From positions 32,054,001 to 32,118,000 of the forward strand of contig NC_043002.1 of the NCBI RefSeq assembly GCF_006345805.1: DNA of 64,000 nucleotides, given 5' to 3'. Below are positions 52,179 through 64,000 of this stretch, piece after piece. Each line of letters starts with the position of its first letter. The stretch's first letter is position 1. The translations under genes were made by a program, and so were the position numbers. The stretch is from Octopus sinensis. Taxonomy: Eukaryota. The notes under the pieces are model-generated. The model was not told the origin of the DNA. It ran no database searches and saw only the letters and a list, made by a program, of their open reading frames with translations.

Positions 52179-52413
52179 TTACGTTGCAAGAGGATATTGT
52201 CTGAGTTTTTAGACGCAACAAATGATTTCAGCTCAAATGCTGGCATTTCATTGGTTAAAATTCGAAGAATTAAACTACGTTAAACTTACAAATTACAATT
52301 TTGTTTTCAATTTTGTTTACAATAATGTTTTCTTTTGACACATTCTACCAGTATACGAAGTTTCAAATTGTTTAGTTAACTAGAAAATTCCGTCCATCAA
52401 AAGGAAAAGATCC
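51195..52413. mobile_element. Non-autonomous DNA transposon with ~200-bp TIRs and an 8-bp TSD (Merlin-like)
   Basis: TIRs at 51195-51396 and 52213-52413 (GGATCTTTTCC...GGAAAAGATCC); tagaaatt duplicated at 51187-51194 and 52414-52421; ORFs beginning MPAFELKSF on both strands confirm the inversion. Confidence 0.9.
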
Positions 52414-54338
52414 TAGAAATTTTCTAACCAGCTAATTCACTGGTCGCAAGATCGATGTCACCTGTTCTCTATATATTGCGAGGTGGAATGAACTACTGCT
52501 ATCTCTAGCAAACGAGTATACACCACTATGGTGGTTAATTGCTAAAGATGTCGCATAGATTGGCAATTGATCGTCCAAACTACGTGAGATTGTTTATAGT
52601 GAAATTTCAGGAAATGAAGATCAACATTTTAAATATCCCGAAGTAGTAAATACTATTTCGTAGTAATAAATATGAGCTAAATTTTTTAATTCTCTACTAC
52701 GTGTCCACTTGCACTGCTAGGAAGTATGAGGAAATTTTAAAGGTGTATTTTTACTGAGATCTCAGTGGGCCGAAGTTGTACATTCTTCCTCAGCTGGAGA
52801 TCTCAGAAGACTTCAATCTATTTTGCTTGTCCACGGAATGATGAAAAGCTCATGTCTATTTTTCAGGTGTTTCAATTTTTCCGTATTTTACATTACAAAT
52901 AATCACGAAGCATCATTAAGTTATTACTGATTGATAATGAAGCCCATGTTTGATACATTCTCTTCTCCCTGTGACTGTTCTACGGCTACAACAAAGGTCT
53001 CTGTTCCTCGAATATTTCTAAGTCGAGACCATCTCCTTATTTTTTGCACACTCGTTACTACTCCCTTCATTACTTTTGCATTATACAACTCAACCAGGCC
53101 AAGCAGTAATCACTACACTCAGTTTTCCTTTCTTTCTGGAATGTCGGCTTTCTGTTTATCTTTTTCGCAGTTATTGGCTGACAAACATTCAAGAGGAACA
53201 TTGGTAGTTTCATTGATAGGTCATGAACCCTATCCCTCCTCAACAAGTATAAATAAATACATATTCGGCGGACCAGTTTAGCTGTGTCCGAATTTGTAGC
53301 CAATATAAATAACTATAAGCTACTATTCTCCCCCGTGCGCGGCAAACAAGTGTTCTGAAGACAGAGAGAAGGTGATAACTCCATATATGTTTCAGCTTTA
53401 ATAGACCATGTGAGCGAAAAATGGTTTATAATGTTTTCGTATATATTTGATGGCTTAAGACATATATAGGAATTTTTTGAATAAACACAGAATGGCATTA
53501 TATTTGGGAAAAATACATAAGGTGGTTTTCTGCATGAAAAATTAGTAGACGGAATCAAGCAAAGTAAATTTTGATTTATTATAATTACAAGTTTAACGAG
53601 AAAATTATTGGCTAAATAAATTAGAAAATGCAAGGGAAACAACTGTGATATTTTTTATTTCTTAAAGATTAATGAAAAATAGAAGTGGAAGAGGGAATGT
53701 GTTTCGATCTAAATGTTTTTTTTTAGTGAAACATAGTATAAATATCATTGCGGATTTAGCTGACTATGATATCAATGCTTACAAGACTGATATTATAGTA
53801 TGTAATGAACATAGGACGCTAATATTAACATATCAATTCCAGCTGAACTTCGTTCAATACAGTGACACCGCAGTTTATGCATTTGTAGCCTCTCTTCATA
53901 GATCTGCATAGAAATAATTATGTATATATGTATATATATTTATTGTATATATATATATATATATATACAATAAAGACGGAGAGAGCAAGAAATGAAGGAA
54001 GGAAGGACGGATGGAAGGAAGGAAGGAAGAGAGGAAGGAAGGAAGGAAGGAAGAGAGGAAGGAAGGAAGGAAGATCATTAACAAGAGTGTATTTGTAATT
54101 AAACCCATATGACCGTATGTACATTTAGACAATCGCTCGCACATACATATGTGTATCTCTCAATCTATCTATCTTTATCTCTCTCACTCCCTCTCTTCCT
54201 TCCACTTTATATATATACGTTTGTATGCATGTATATATTTATGTATACGAGTGTGTGTATGTCGGGGTGTGTGCATTTGTGTACACTCGAGTATAAAACG
54301 ACAAATATATATATATATCTACATACATAGATAAATAA

Positions 54339-54403
<65 letters not shown>

Positions 54404-54573
54404 CATAAATATATATGTGTGTGTTGTGTGTATGGATGAGTGTACATACATATACGTAAACACTTATGCATCTACGCCTTTGAGTTTCATGATTAATACA
54501 CTTATGTTCATAAATCATTATGTTAGACGTATTTTCTCATTATTTATTGTGTGCATACTGTTATATATATATG

Positions 54574-54604
<31 letters not shown>

Positions 54605-54613
54605 TATATATAT

Positions 54614-54680
<67 letters not shown>

Positions 54681-54963
54681 GTAGAGATTTTCCTATATAT
54701 ATATATATGTACGCATTATGTAAGTATGTATGTATGTATGTATGTATGTATGTCTCTAGCAATGCATCAAAACCTAAATACATATGTACACACACATGTA
54801 CACATATCAAATACACTCACATATATAGATGCATACATATACGCATACATACACACATACATAAATGCGTTTGTGCACGCACGCGTTTTTCTGCATATAT
54901 TTATATATATGCATACATATAAATGAATGCGTGTATGTAGTATACACGTATTTATGAAACCTA

Positions 54964-54995
<32 letters not shown>

Positions 54996-55539
54996 TGTAT
55001 CTAAGCACGTATGTTGTACACGTCCGCTGTAGAAGGCTCCGTGTCACAAACAATATATCAGTTTAACAGATTAGTTCAATAAATGACGATATTGCGCTAC
55101 AAAAGTCATTCTAAGATGTTCGACAGTGACTAGATCTGTCAGTAGGTAGATATATATCCAGGGAGAGTAGCTTCTTCCGAGAGACAATCAAAATAGATAA
55201 ATTTTGAATCTTCTGCTCAATAAGAAGCACAGAAAAAGAGAAAGAAAGTGAGGATGGAGGTAAGGATGGCAGGAAGGAAGAAAGGAAGGAAAGGTGAACA
55301 AGTTGGTGTCAGAATTGACCAATTAAGTCCTGTTCGTGTCAGTTGCTAAATGACTCATATAATAATATTTGATTATTTGAAAGATGAGCGAAAGAATTTT
55401 AGGAAGTGAATTCTGTGCAGTATGGTGTAGCCTACTGTGGGTTCAATACCACGAAGTGTTTCCTTCACCAAATATTTTTTATAGATACGATTAATTGATT
55501 CTAGATTCTCTTCGTTGGCGACATTATGATAGATATTAA

Positions 55540-56065
55540 TGCGGCAAGCTAGCAGAATTGTTACAGCACCAAACAAAATGATTAGTGGCATTTCGTCCGT
55601 TTTTACGTTGTGAGTTCGAATCCTGCAAAGGTCGACTTTGCCTTTCATCTTTTCGGGTCGATAAAACAAATACCAACTGAGCACTGGGATCGATGTAGTC
55701 GACTTACTCCTTACCCTTAAATTGATGGCCTTGTAGCAAGCTGAGTACTGGTGTCGACGTAATGGAGTTAGTTCCTCCCTTGAAATTACTGGCTTTGTGC
55801 CGCATTATAAAACCGCTATTATGATTAATATTAAGGCGGTGAGCGAGCAGAATCGTTAACATGCCGAGTAAAATGCTTAGAATCATTTCGATGCAATCGA
55901 CTTGGCTTCTCCTTTAAAAATTTTGAAGCCTTTTTCCTATAAGCAGAAAGGATTATTACTAAGGCAGCCAACAGGCAAAATAAAATACTTGTAGCTTTTC
56001 TTGAAGATCTTTTTGTTCAGGGTTCAAATTCTGCCGAGATCATCTTTGCGTTTCATCCTCTCCAT
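55540..56065 (+). mobile_element. Tandem cluster of about three SINE family B copies
   Basis: Repeated gcgg..agc.agcagaat.gtta heads and gactttgcctttcatc cores. Confidence 0.75.
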
Positions 56066-56474
56066 TTTTTTTTAATATTTTTAAAGCATTCGCTCGTTAC
56101 AGGGTCCTTAGAGCACTGAAAACGTAATAGCTACTAGAATGAAATAGACGTTAGACAGAAGAGAATACGTAACGATGTACATTAGACTTAAAAGACTGGA
56201 GGTTATATTGAAGAACAAAACAAGCCCTTAGAAGGAATTCCAAACTTCACAGGTGCGAGGGAAGAAACTGGTACTGTAAAGTGCTTTACGACACTTAGGA
56301 AGTTGCACAGTATACTAATGAGAACTGGTTGCAAGTCTAGTTGATCACTGATAAGTTCTTAAAGGAGGATTCAGAGAAGAGAGCTCAACTGAACAATGTC
56401 CATGAAAATACTTATGGAAAAGACGCAAGGTAGTCACACGACGACGATGAGAGAATGAATCCAATTTAGGAGAT
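56066..56474 (-). mobile_element. 3' fragment of a CR1/L2/Jockey-group LINE with poly(A), inserted into a family B SINE
   Basis: LDSFSHRRRVTTLRLFHKYFHGHCSVEL motif; T-run tail on +; the SINE core tttcatcc... resumes as gtcgataaaataaagtaccag after the insert. Confidence 0.75.
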
Positions 56475-56665
56475 AGTCGATAAAATAAAGTACCAGTTAA
56501 GCAAAGGGGTCGATTTAGTCGACTTCCCACGAGTTACCAGGCATTTAGCCTTTGTTGAAGCAATTATTTATGGTGTGGATTACCGGAATCTCTTGAATTT
56601 CGGCTTGAGTGTAGTGCGACATTGCTTCTTACTCTCTGCGATCTATTGTTTAATAAATTGAAGTA

Positions 56666-56990
56666 TGGTGAGGGCGCGTGGCTTAGTGGTTGGGGCATTC
56701 GGCTCATGATCGTAAGGTTGTGAGTTCGATTCCCGGCGACGCGTTGTGTCCTTGAGCAAGACACTTTATTTCACGTTGCTCCAGTCCACTCAGCTGGCAA
56801 AAATGAGTTGTACTTGTATTTCAAAGGGTCAGCCTTGTCACTCTCTGTGTCACTCTGATTATCCCCGAGAACTACGTTAAGGGTACACGTGTCTGTGGAA
56901 TGCTCAGCCATTTGCACGTTAATTTCACGAGCAAGCTGTTCCGTTGATCGTATCAGCTGGGACCCTCGTCGTCGTAACCGGCGGAGTCTT
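56666..56990 (+). mobile_element. tRNA-derived SINE family C1, full copy
   Basis: gggcgcgtggcttagtggtt..gagttcgattccc (A and B boxes), gtgtccttgagcaagacactt core, 3' ..cgtaaccggcggagt. Confidence 0.88.
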
Positions 56991-57799
56991 TTAAGAAATT
57001 GAAGTACGACTTATGTTTTTGCTTCGAAATTTGTTTTATGCTAATTTTAAAAGCAACTGTTTCTGTTACCCTACACTTAACGAGTGATAAAAATAGATCT
57101 ACGCATGCCCATTCTTTTTGTAAGAAAAACAGGGTAGGATGCATTATCTAGTATACCCCATCTTGTTTTCATGACGGTCTATATCATTTCATGTACACAT
57201 ATATCATTAACACCACGACAATCCATCTGCTACGTATATCTACACTTATATTACCTTCTTAAAAATGTGTCCCTTTGAACAAAGCACCAGTAAAATTCAA
57301 TGCCTAACGGGATCATAAGGCTACTTACCATATTACCATATTAGAATGATGTTGTTTTGTTAGAATTTCTGCTACATATTCGAAGTATCAAGATGTATTG
57401 CAATATGGAGTAAGTAGAATATATTGCCGCACTGCTAAATGGTACAAATTTACCTTCAAATAAATAGTCTCTACGAAGTTGTCCAGTTCAAAGACAGACC
57501 TTCGTTGTAATCATATAGAAGACTTGGAATTTTGAGAATATATTAATCTCACCCACTTGTACATGTTGGCATTCTTCTAAGGCTTCTGTAACGTTCATAA
57601 CTGCCTCTCTATGTTAACAATTTTGAACGTTACAGAAACATTAGTGGAGTCCCCGACAGATTTCTTTCGTTCATGATCACTGTTATACAGAAATTAGAAA
57701 CACTGAATTGCGACAACGTTTTTTTTTAATCCGGCTATGTTTATTCTTTATTTATTTACTTCAAAGCAAATTCATTTTTCATTGGGTAATCATTTGAAG

Positions 57800-58132
57800 A
57801 GATAGCATGCCGGGCGAAATGCTTTGTGGTATTTCGTCTGTCACTACGTTCTGAGTTCAAATTCCGCCGAGGTCGACTTTGCCTTTCATCTTTTCGGGTT
57901 CGATTAAATAAGTACCAGTTACGCACTGGGTCGATATAATCGACTTAATCTGTTTGTCTGTCCTTGTTTGTCCCTTCTGTGTTTAAACCCTTGTGGGTAA
58001 TAAAGAAATAGGTATTTCGTCTGTCTTTACGTTCTGAGTTCAAATTCGACCGATGTCGACTTTGCCTTTCATCCTTTCGGGGTGGATAAATTAAGTACCA
58101 GTTGCGTACTGACGTCGATCTAATAGACTGGC
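57800..58132 (+). mobile_element. SINE family B, dimeric form
   Basis: Two ctgagttcaaatt..gactttgcctttcatc..aagtaccagtt units joined by the same spacer as in 22222-22620. Confidence 0.88.
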
Positions 58133-58210
58133 AAAATATCATAGCTGCTTCGCGCCAATTACCACTGATACTGCTGAATTTAGCTGGCGCTAACATATAT
58201 ATATATATAT

Positions 58211-58487
58211 ATATATTGTATAAAAGATCGTGGGTAAGGCCAAAACAATGCGACGGAAATGCAAGGTAAATCACAAGAGAACAAAGATGTGAATTAATGT
58301 GACTTACCTTGTATTCAATATTTCGGGCTTATGACCCTATTATCAAGAAATTGACGAATGTTGACAAACCCCAAAATATTGAATACAAGGTAAGTCTGCA
58401 TTAATTCACATATTTGTTTTCTTGTGATTTACCTTGCATTTACTTCGCATTGTTTTGGCCTAACCCACGATCTTTTATACAATATAT
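58211..58487. repeat. Fold-back element C adjacent to (TA)n
   Basis: ~117-bp arms: attgtataaaagatcgtggg..ttaccttgtattcaatattt pairs with aaatattgaatacaaggtaa..cccacgatcttttatacaat; ~42-bp loop. Confidence 0.92.
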
Positions 58488-58579
58488 TCTACACAATGCA
58501 TCATAGTAATTATTCCATTATAATATACATACATATATATATATATACATACATACATACATATATATATTATATATAT

Positions 58580-58628
<49 letters not shown>

Positions 58629-59083
58629 GCAAACAAGCACACACACATAAAAAACAGAGAAATAATAAGGGTGAGTGTATGGCTAAGTGTTTCACAATTA
58701 GCAGTACAACGAGAGTTGCAATAGAAGAGATTGAGATGGTGGGACATCTGTAATCAAGCTACAAAAGTATTGGCTATATGTTTAAAGCCACAAATCATAT
58801 TAGAGATATGGAGATGTGAGATTATTTCCGGAGAACAATATTGCAATTAATGTGTACATACGCATATGACTCTGTTGCCGCCGCCGCCACCCTACTGCTG
58901 CGGCTGCTCTTACTCATGATGATGATGACGCGTATGATGACGCGTATGATTATGGTAATGTGATTGACAATGTATTGTTAATGAACACGCTTACATACAG
59001 TACGCGTGCAAAATCTTAATCAGAGATGAATACGCTACTAGACATATCGACACACATCAATACATCCCGTGTGCGAACGAACA

Positions 59084-59153
<70 letters not shown>

Positions 59154-60213
59154 TCACTCAGAAACGCGTACATCGGCTCTCATTTTCATATATACATACA
59201 CACGACTAATTTTTTCCACAAAGGTACACACATATGAACCCTGAATATATTATCACAGCTATTCACGGAAATCATATACAGACATACAACAGAACACGCC
59301 ATGTAAACAAACACAAACATGACGTATACGCACACTCGTTTATACATATTAACAGGACATATACACACATGCATTCTTGCTTGCATTAATATGATATATA
59401 CAGACATATGCGTAAATACACTGAGGAAACCTAGATAATATCAGTTGTTTATACAGGAAATGCATCACCATACACGTACATCCAACTCACTTAAATGTAT
59501 ACTTACAGACATATGTGTGTGTTCGTGTGACTGAAGTTGAATGTCGTCGCATGTTACATGCATATGTATAACATACAAATATGCTAAATTGCAGTTACTA
59601 TCAAACAAAGAAGCAGTCATAACACAGCATCGTCATAATTATCACCAACATCACAGCCAACAGCAAAACCGCTAAATCCACTACGACCACCATTACGGAT
59701 GATTTGTTACTCTGGAGTTTCCATATTGTGCTGTGGCATTCTCAAAAAAAACTTGGACGATACCGGTCTGCTTTGTCAGAAGAACTGATTGTAAAAGCAT
59801 GAAAATTACGATTCTACGATTGTGATATTTACTTTTCCAGATAGTTACCCTGCAACACACTTACAAACACACACAAAAGCACATACATACACTCGCACAA
59901 AAACATGCACACTCGAAAGCACACACGCAAGCAAACGTGCGTGGGCGCGCGCACACACGCACACATATAAGCAAAACGTGGAGTAGATGAAATTAAGGCG
60001 ACTGAAGAAGGGGAATTTTTCTTGTTTGTATGTCCTGTACTCTATTTTTTTGTTGTTTAAAAAAATGTCCATTTCCTCGGTTTTGTGTTTATGCTTTCGT
60101 TTCTCATTGTGTTCGACGTTTTTTGGTGTCCTGTACCCATATATGCATGTATATATACATGTAGAGGTAGGTACGTACATATATGTATGTATATATGCAT
60201 ATGTTTTATTTAT

Positions 60214-60276
<63 letters not shown>

Positions 60277-60279
<3 letters not shown>

Positions 60280-60640
60280 CGCAGGAGTGGCTGTGTGGAA
60301 AGAAACCTACTTTCCAACCACTGAGTGTCACCTTGGGCAAATCTTTTCTACTACAGCCTCGGGCCAACCAAAACTTGTGAGTGGATTTGGTAGAAGGAAA
60401 CTGAAAGAAGCCCTTCGTATGTATGTATATATTCGTGTGTCTGCTTTTTCTCCCACCATCCGCACAACACTTGACAACCGATGTTGGTGTTTACGTCCCC
60501 GTAACCTAGAGGTTCGGCAAAAGACACCGACAGAATAAGTACTAAGCTTACAAAGAATACACCCTGAGGTCAATTTGTTTGACCAGAGGCGGTGCTCCAG
60601 CAAGGCTATAGTTAAATGAGTGATACAACTAAAATAATAA
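60277..60640 (+). mobile_element. SINE family A copy (internally deleted head)
   Basis: ggcgcaggagtggctgtgtgg..cttgacaaccgatg..gcggtgctccagca. Confidence 0.85.
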
Positions 60641-60723
60641 AATAATATATATATATTAAACAAGTACACATAAAATACATTTATACATACATGTGTATAC
60701 ATATATATATAAATATATATATA

Positions 60724-61105
60724 GTGGCTGTGTGGTAAGTAGCTTGCTAACCATCCACATGGTTCCGGGTTCGGTCCCACTGCGTGGCATCTTGGGCAAG
60801 TGTCTTCTGTTATAACCCCGGGCCGACCAATGCCTTGTGAGTGGATTTGGTAGACGGAAACTGAAAGAAGCCTGTCGTATATATGTATATATATGTATGT
60901 GTGTGTGTTTGTGCGTCTGTGTTTGTTCCCCTAGCATTGCTTGACAACCGATGCTGGTGTGTTTACGTCCCCGTCACTTAGCGGTTCGGCAAAAAGAGAC
61001 AGATAGAATAAGTACTTAAGGCTTACAAAAAGAATAAGTCCCGGGGTCGAGTTGCTCGACTAAAGGCAGTGCTCCAGCATGGCTGCAGTCAAATGACTGA
61101 AACAA
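60724..61105 (+). mobile_element. SINE family A, near-consensus copy
   Basis: Highly similar to 38506-38900; (gtaaaaga)n tail. Confidence 0.92.
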
Positions 61106-61177
61106 GTAAAAGAGTAAAAGAGTAAATATATATATATATATATCTGTACACACATACACGTACACACACATATATAT

Positions 61178-61228
<51 letters not shown>

Positions 61229-61339
61229 TATTTACATACATACCAGGCCTAAGCTTAAACTCAGCTCGCCTTGTTCCCTTATAAGATTTCTGTTGAAATC
61301 AAACGCAGATTTCATAAACGGTAAAAGGGAAAATTATAG

Positions 61340-61566
61340 ATAATGTGGGTGGATAATTCGCAATTTTACAACCTAAAAGAAGAAATATATACGTCACTAG
61401 AGTGACAAAGGGCGCTAAGGAGCACCAGCATTGCTAGAAATATGTACCAAAACAACCTGCCTCCCTTGTCAGTCGTTAAGCTAATGCTTCTGTCGCCATT
61501 GAGTTGTTTTGATTCTTATTTCTAGCAGTACTTGTGCTGATTAGTGCCCTTTGTCACTTCAGTGAC

Positions 61567-61615
<49 letters not shown>

Positions 61616-61657
61616 CGCCTGTAGGTTGTAAAATTGCGAATTAGCCTCCCGTATTAT
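61340..61657. repeat. Fold-back element D with an internal (TA)n expansion
   Basis: Inner arms tatacgtcactagagtgacaaaggg..tgctagaaata / tatttctagca..ccctttgtcacttcagtgacgtata; outer arms taattcgcaattttacaaccta / taggttgtaaaattgcgaatta. Confidence 0.88.
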
Positions 61658-61658
61658 T

Positions 61659-61705
<47 letters not shown>

Positions 61706-61981
61706 GTGCGTGCTATTTTAATTGAATCAAGAAGGTAGAGGAGTTCCTATACAAAACGGGGGCATACATAAACGTTGCAGTGCATTTTAACTCGCTTCTT
61801 ACTCTGTAGATAATTGCAAAAAAGCTTTCTATCTTTGGTAAAAAAAAAAGTTACACGTTTTACAGGCGAGTATTTAGATAATTTCAGTGAACCGAGAACA
61901 TTTTTTGAATATTATTTCCACTTACACAGCACTCGACACCGATTGCTTTTGAAATCATAAAGGCAAGTAATAATAGATAGG

Positions 61982-62240
61982 GGCACTCCGTCGGTTGCGA
62001 CGATGAGGGTCCCAGCTGATACGATCAACGGAACAGCTTGCTCGTGATATTAACGTGCAAGTGGCTGAGCACTCCACAGACACGTGTACCCTTAACGTAG
62101 TTCTCGAAGAGATTCAGCGTGACACACAGAATGTGACAAGGCTGGCTCTTTGAAATGCAGGTACAAGAGAAACAGGAAGAAAGAGCGAGAGAAAGTTATG
62201 GTGAAAGAGTTCAGCAGGGTTCACCACCACCCCCTGCCGC
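61982..62240 (-). mobile_element. SINE family C2 body and 3' end
   Basis: 61985-62165 is the reverse complement of 56815-56988; 62165-62240 matches 47430-47500. Confidence 0.85.
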
Positions 62241-64000
62241 AAGTAATAATAGCCTTATATTAAGACTAAGCGGAAAAGTTATCTTTTTTTCGTCGTCAAT
62301 GTTAATATCATTCGGATTGAACTCAGAATGTTAAGTGATGTAACTAAATGCTTCAAGCATGTTTTTTAATGCCGTTGCAACACTTACGCTCTTAGTAATG
62401 GTAAAACATAAATTATTCTCATTTTAAAGTCGTTTTTCAAATATGTTCAATTATATCATGCATTGCCTCGTGTTTCCTCGTTGAAATACCGATGACTAGT
62501 TTTTAACTATTTCCACTTCCTCCAAAAACAAAAAAACAAAATGGCAACGATAAACTGGCGATGTGTCAAACATCCATAATAACTTCCTTCTTTACGAGAA
62601 TAAATAAAATGGAAATCTTTGTGCCTGCTTGAAAGGAAGATTATAATATTTCAATAAAAGTAATATGACCAAAGCACCAAACTTACAAACCGAACGAAAC
62701 AAGGTGAAAGGTGAAACATAAACTTCAGATAATATAGGGATAGATCTTTGATAAAAATTGTTTAGAGAACGTGGGTGGAAACTGTTCAAGGAAAAGTGTA
62801 AAGTTTCGCGTCATCGTTTTTCTTCTTTTTTATTTTCTAACATTAAAAATGTTCTCTTCCTCCCATTCTCTTATTTATACTATCATAGTTTCTCTTTTAT
62901 TTGCATTTTCTCTATATGTCGCTCGCTCCCCTTTTTATCTTTGTTCCTCTACTTCACACTTTCCATCTGTGTCAGTTTAAATGTTTCATGAAATTTATAC
63001 AAATTTAAAGGGTTTAAGTCTCTAAGATAACGAATATGGTTTAATTGTATATCTGTATACATAAACAATCGTACATGTGTATCACAGAATGTGTCTATGT
63101 GTGTGTGCATGTGTCTGTAAATGTGTATGTAACTATGTGTGTACGGACTGTTAAACGTTTCGTTTACAAACGAGGAAAAGTACTAAATACTTAAAAGTAA
63201 ATTATATGCATTTTATCACAACTTGAATGTGCTAAAATCAGCTTTGAGCTCCACGTTACCACCAATTGGAACGATGGAAGTAGAAAAGTAGCGCGACAAT
63301 ATATAAAGAAAGATATTTGTAAAGACGTTGAAATATAATTTAGTTATTGAGATTTGGTTGGTCGCCGAAAAAGCATTAGAAAGGCATCACATATTCATCT
63401 GTTTTATTGTGAAGTATAGATCACGTGATACATACATGCAAAAATGCCTTCATCACCATATGTTTAAGAAAGACAAAATATCCAATTGATTAGTGAGATT
63501 AGAGAATATGTATTCACACACACATACATGTATATACATACATACGTATGTGTGTGAGCGTGTGTATGCGTGTGTAAGCGCTGTTGATAAAGTTAGAGAG
63601 ACATCCCCTAATGGAGCAACGATGTCAGCATGAATGTCCTTGGTGGCGAAACCCTTTTACTACAATTACTTGACGACAATATGTTGTCAAATTTTGTTCA
63701 TTGTCAAGAGAAATCGCTGCGAGAAATTTTTGAAGTCGTCTTTCGAATGTTAGATATCAGTTTATATGCAAAGAAACAACACAGTTATTAATAAGAGGAG
63801 TCGAAATTATTTCATGCAAGATTTCACAGCTCTAGCTTCACTTCTTCATAATTAGCCTATGAACTTTTCATTCCATCCACCAACAGTTAGAACTCTAAAT
63901 TTTTTGGCAGCAATTTATTCAGCAGCTAATATTATTCGCCGGCTGTAACGATTATCGAATAAATAACTCTCCGGAAACTCAAAGTTCTGAATGTAAGCGT

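Noticed and set aside
56666-56745. tRNA gene
   Set aside because: A and B boxes are present but there is no complete cloverleaf, and it continues into a SINE body; the same holds for the heads at 1196, 34075 and 47620
59995-60030. ctgaagaagggaatttttc as a hammerhead core
   Set aside because: CUGAAGA is present but no correctly placed GAAA or helix III follows

Overview
Eukaryotic, AT-rich window saturated with repeats. The tRNA-derived SINE families and very dense (TA)n/(CA)n/(TATG)n/trinucleotide microsatellites suggest an octopus (coleoid cephalopod) intronic or intergenic region; this taxon call is inference. I found no intact host protein-coding gene, and nearly all ORFs in the track are translated microsatellites. 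Recognisable content: two decayed Ty3/Gypsy LTR retrotransposons, each with only a 3' LTR; several restriction-like-endonuclease (R2-group: HERO-like, R4/Dong-like) non-LTR fragments; an RTE fragment; a young 5'-truncated CR1/L2-group LINE with a 515-aa RT ORF; a decayed mariner; a mariner deletion derivative; a 1.2-kb long-TIR element with an 8-bp TSD (Merlin-like); and many SINEs of at least three families. The most interesting unexplained signal is a set of mutually unrelated 230-320 bp fold-back elements sitting in or beside (TA)n/(TG)n tracts, some with degenerate hammerhead-ribozyme-like cores (possibly Penelope-derived). Other notable items are a near-perfect 448-bp local duplication, a candidate 62-nt non-coding exon and a G-quadruplex-type minisatellite. 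Coordinates were read by eye and may be off by a few bases.
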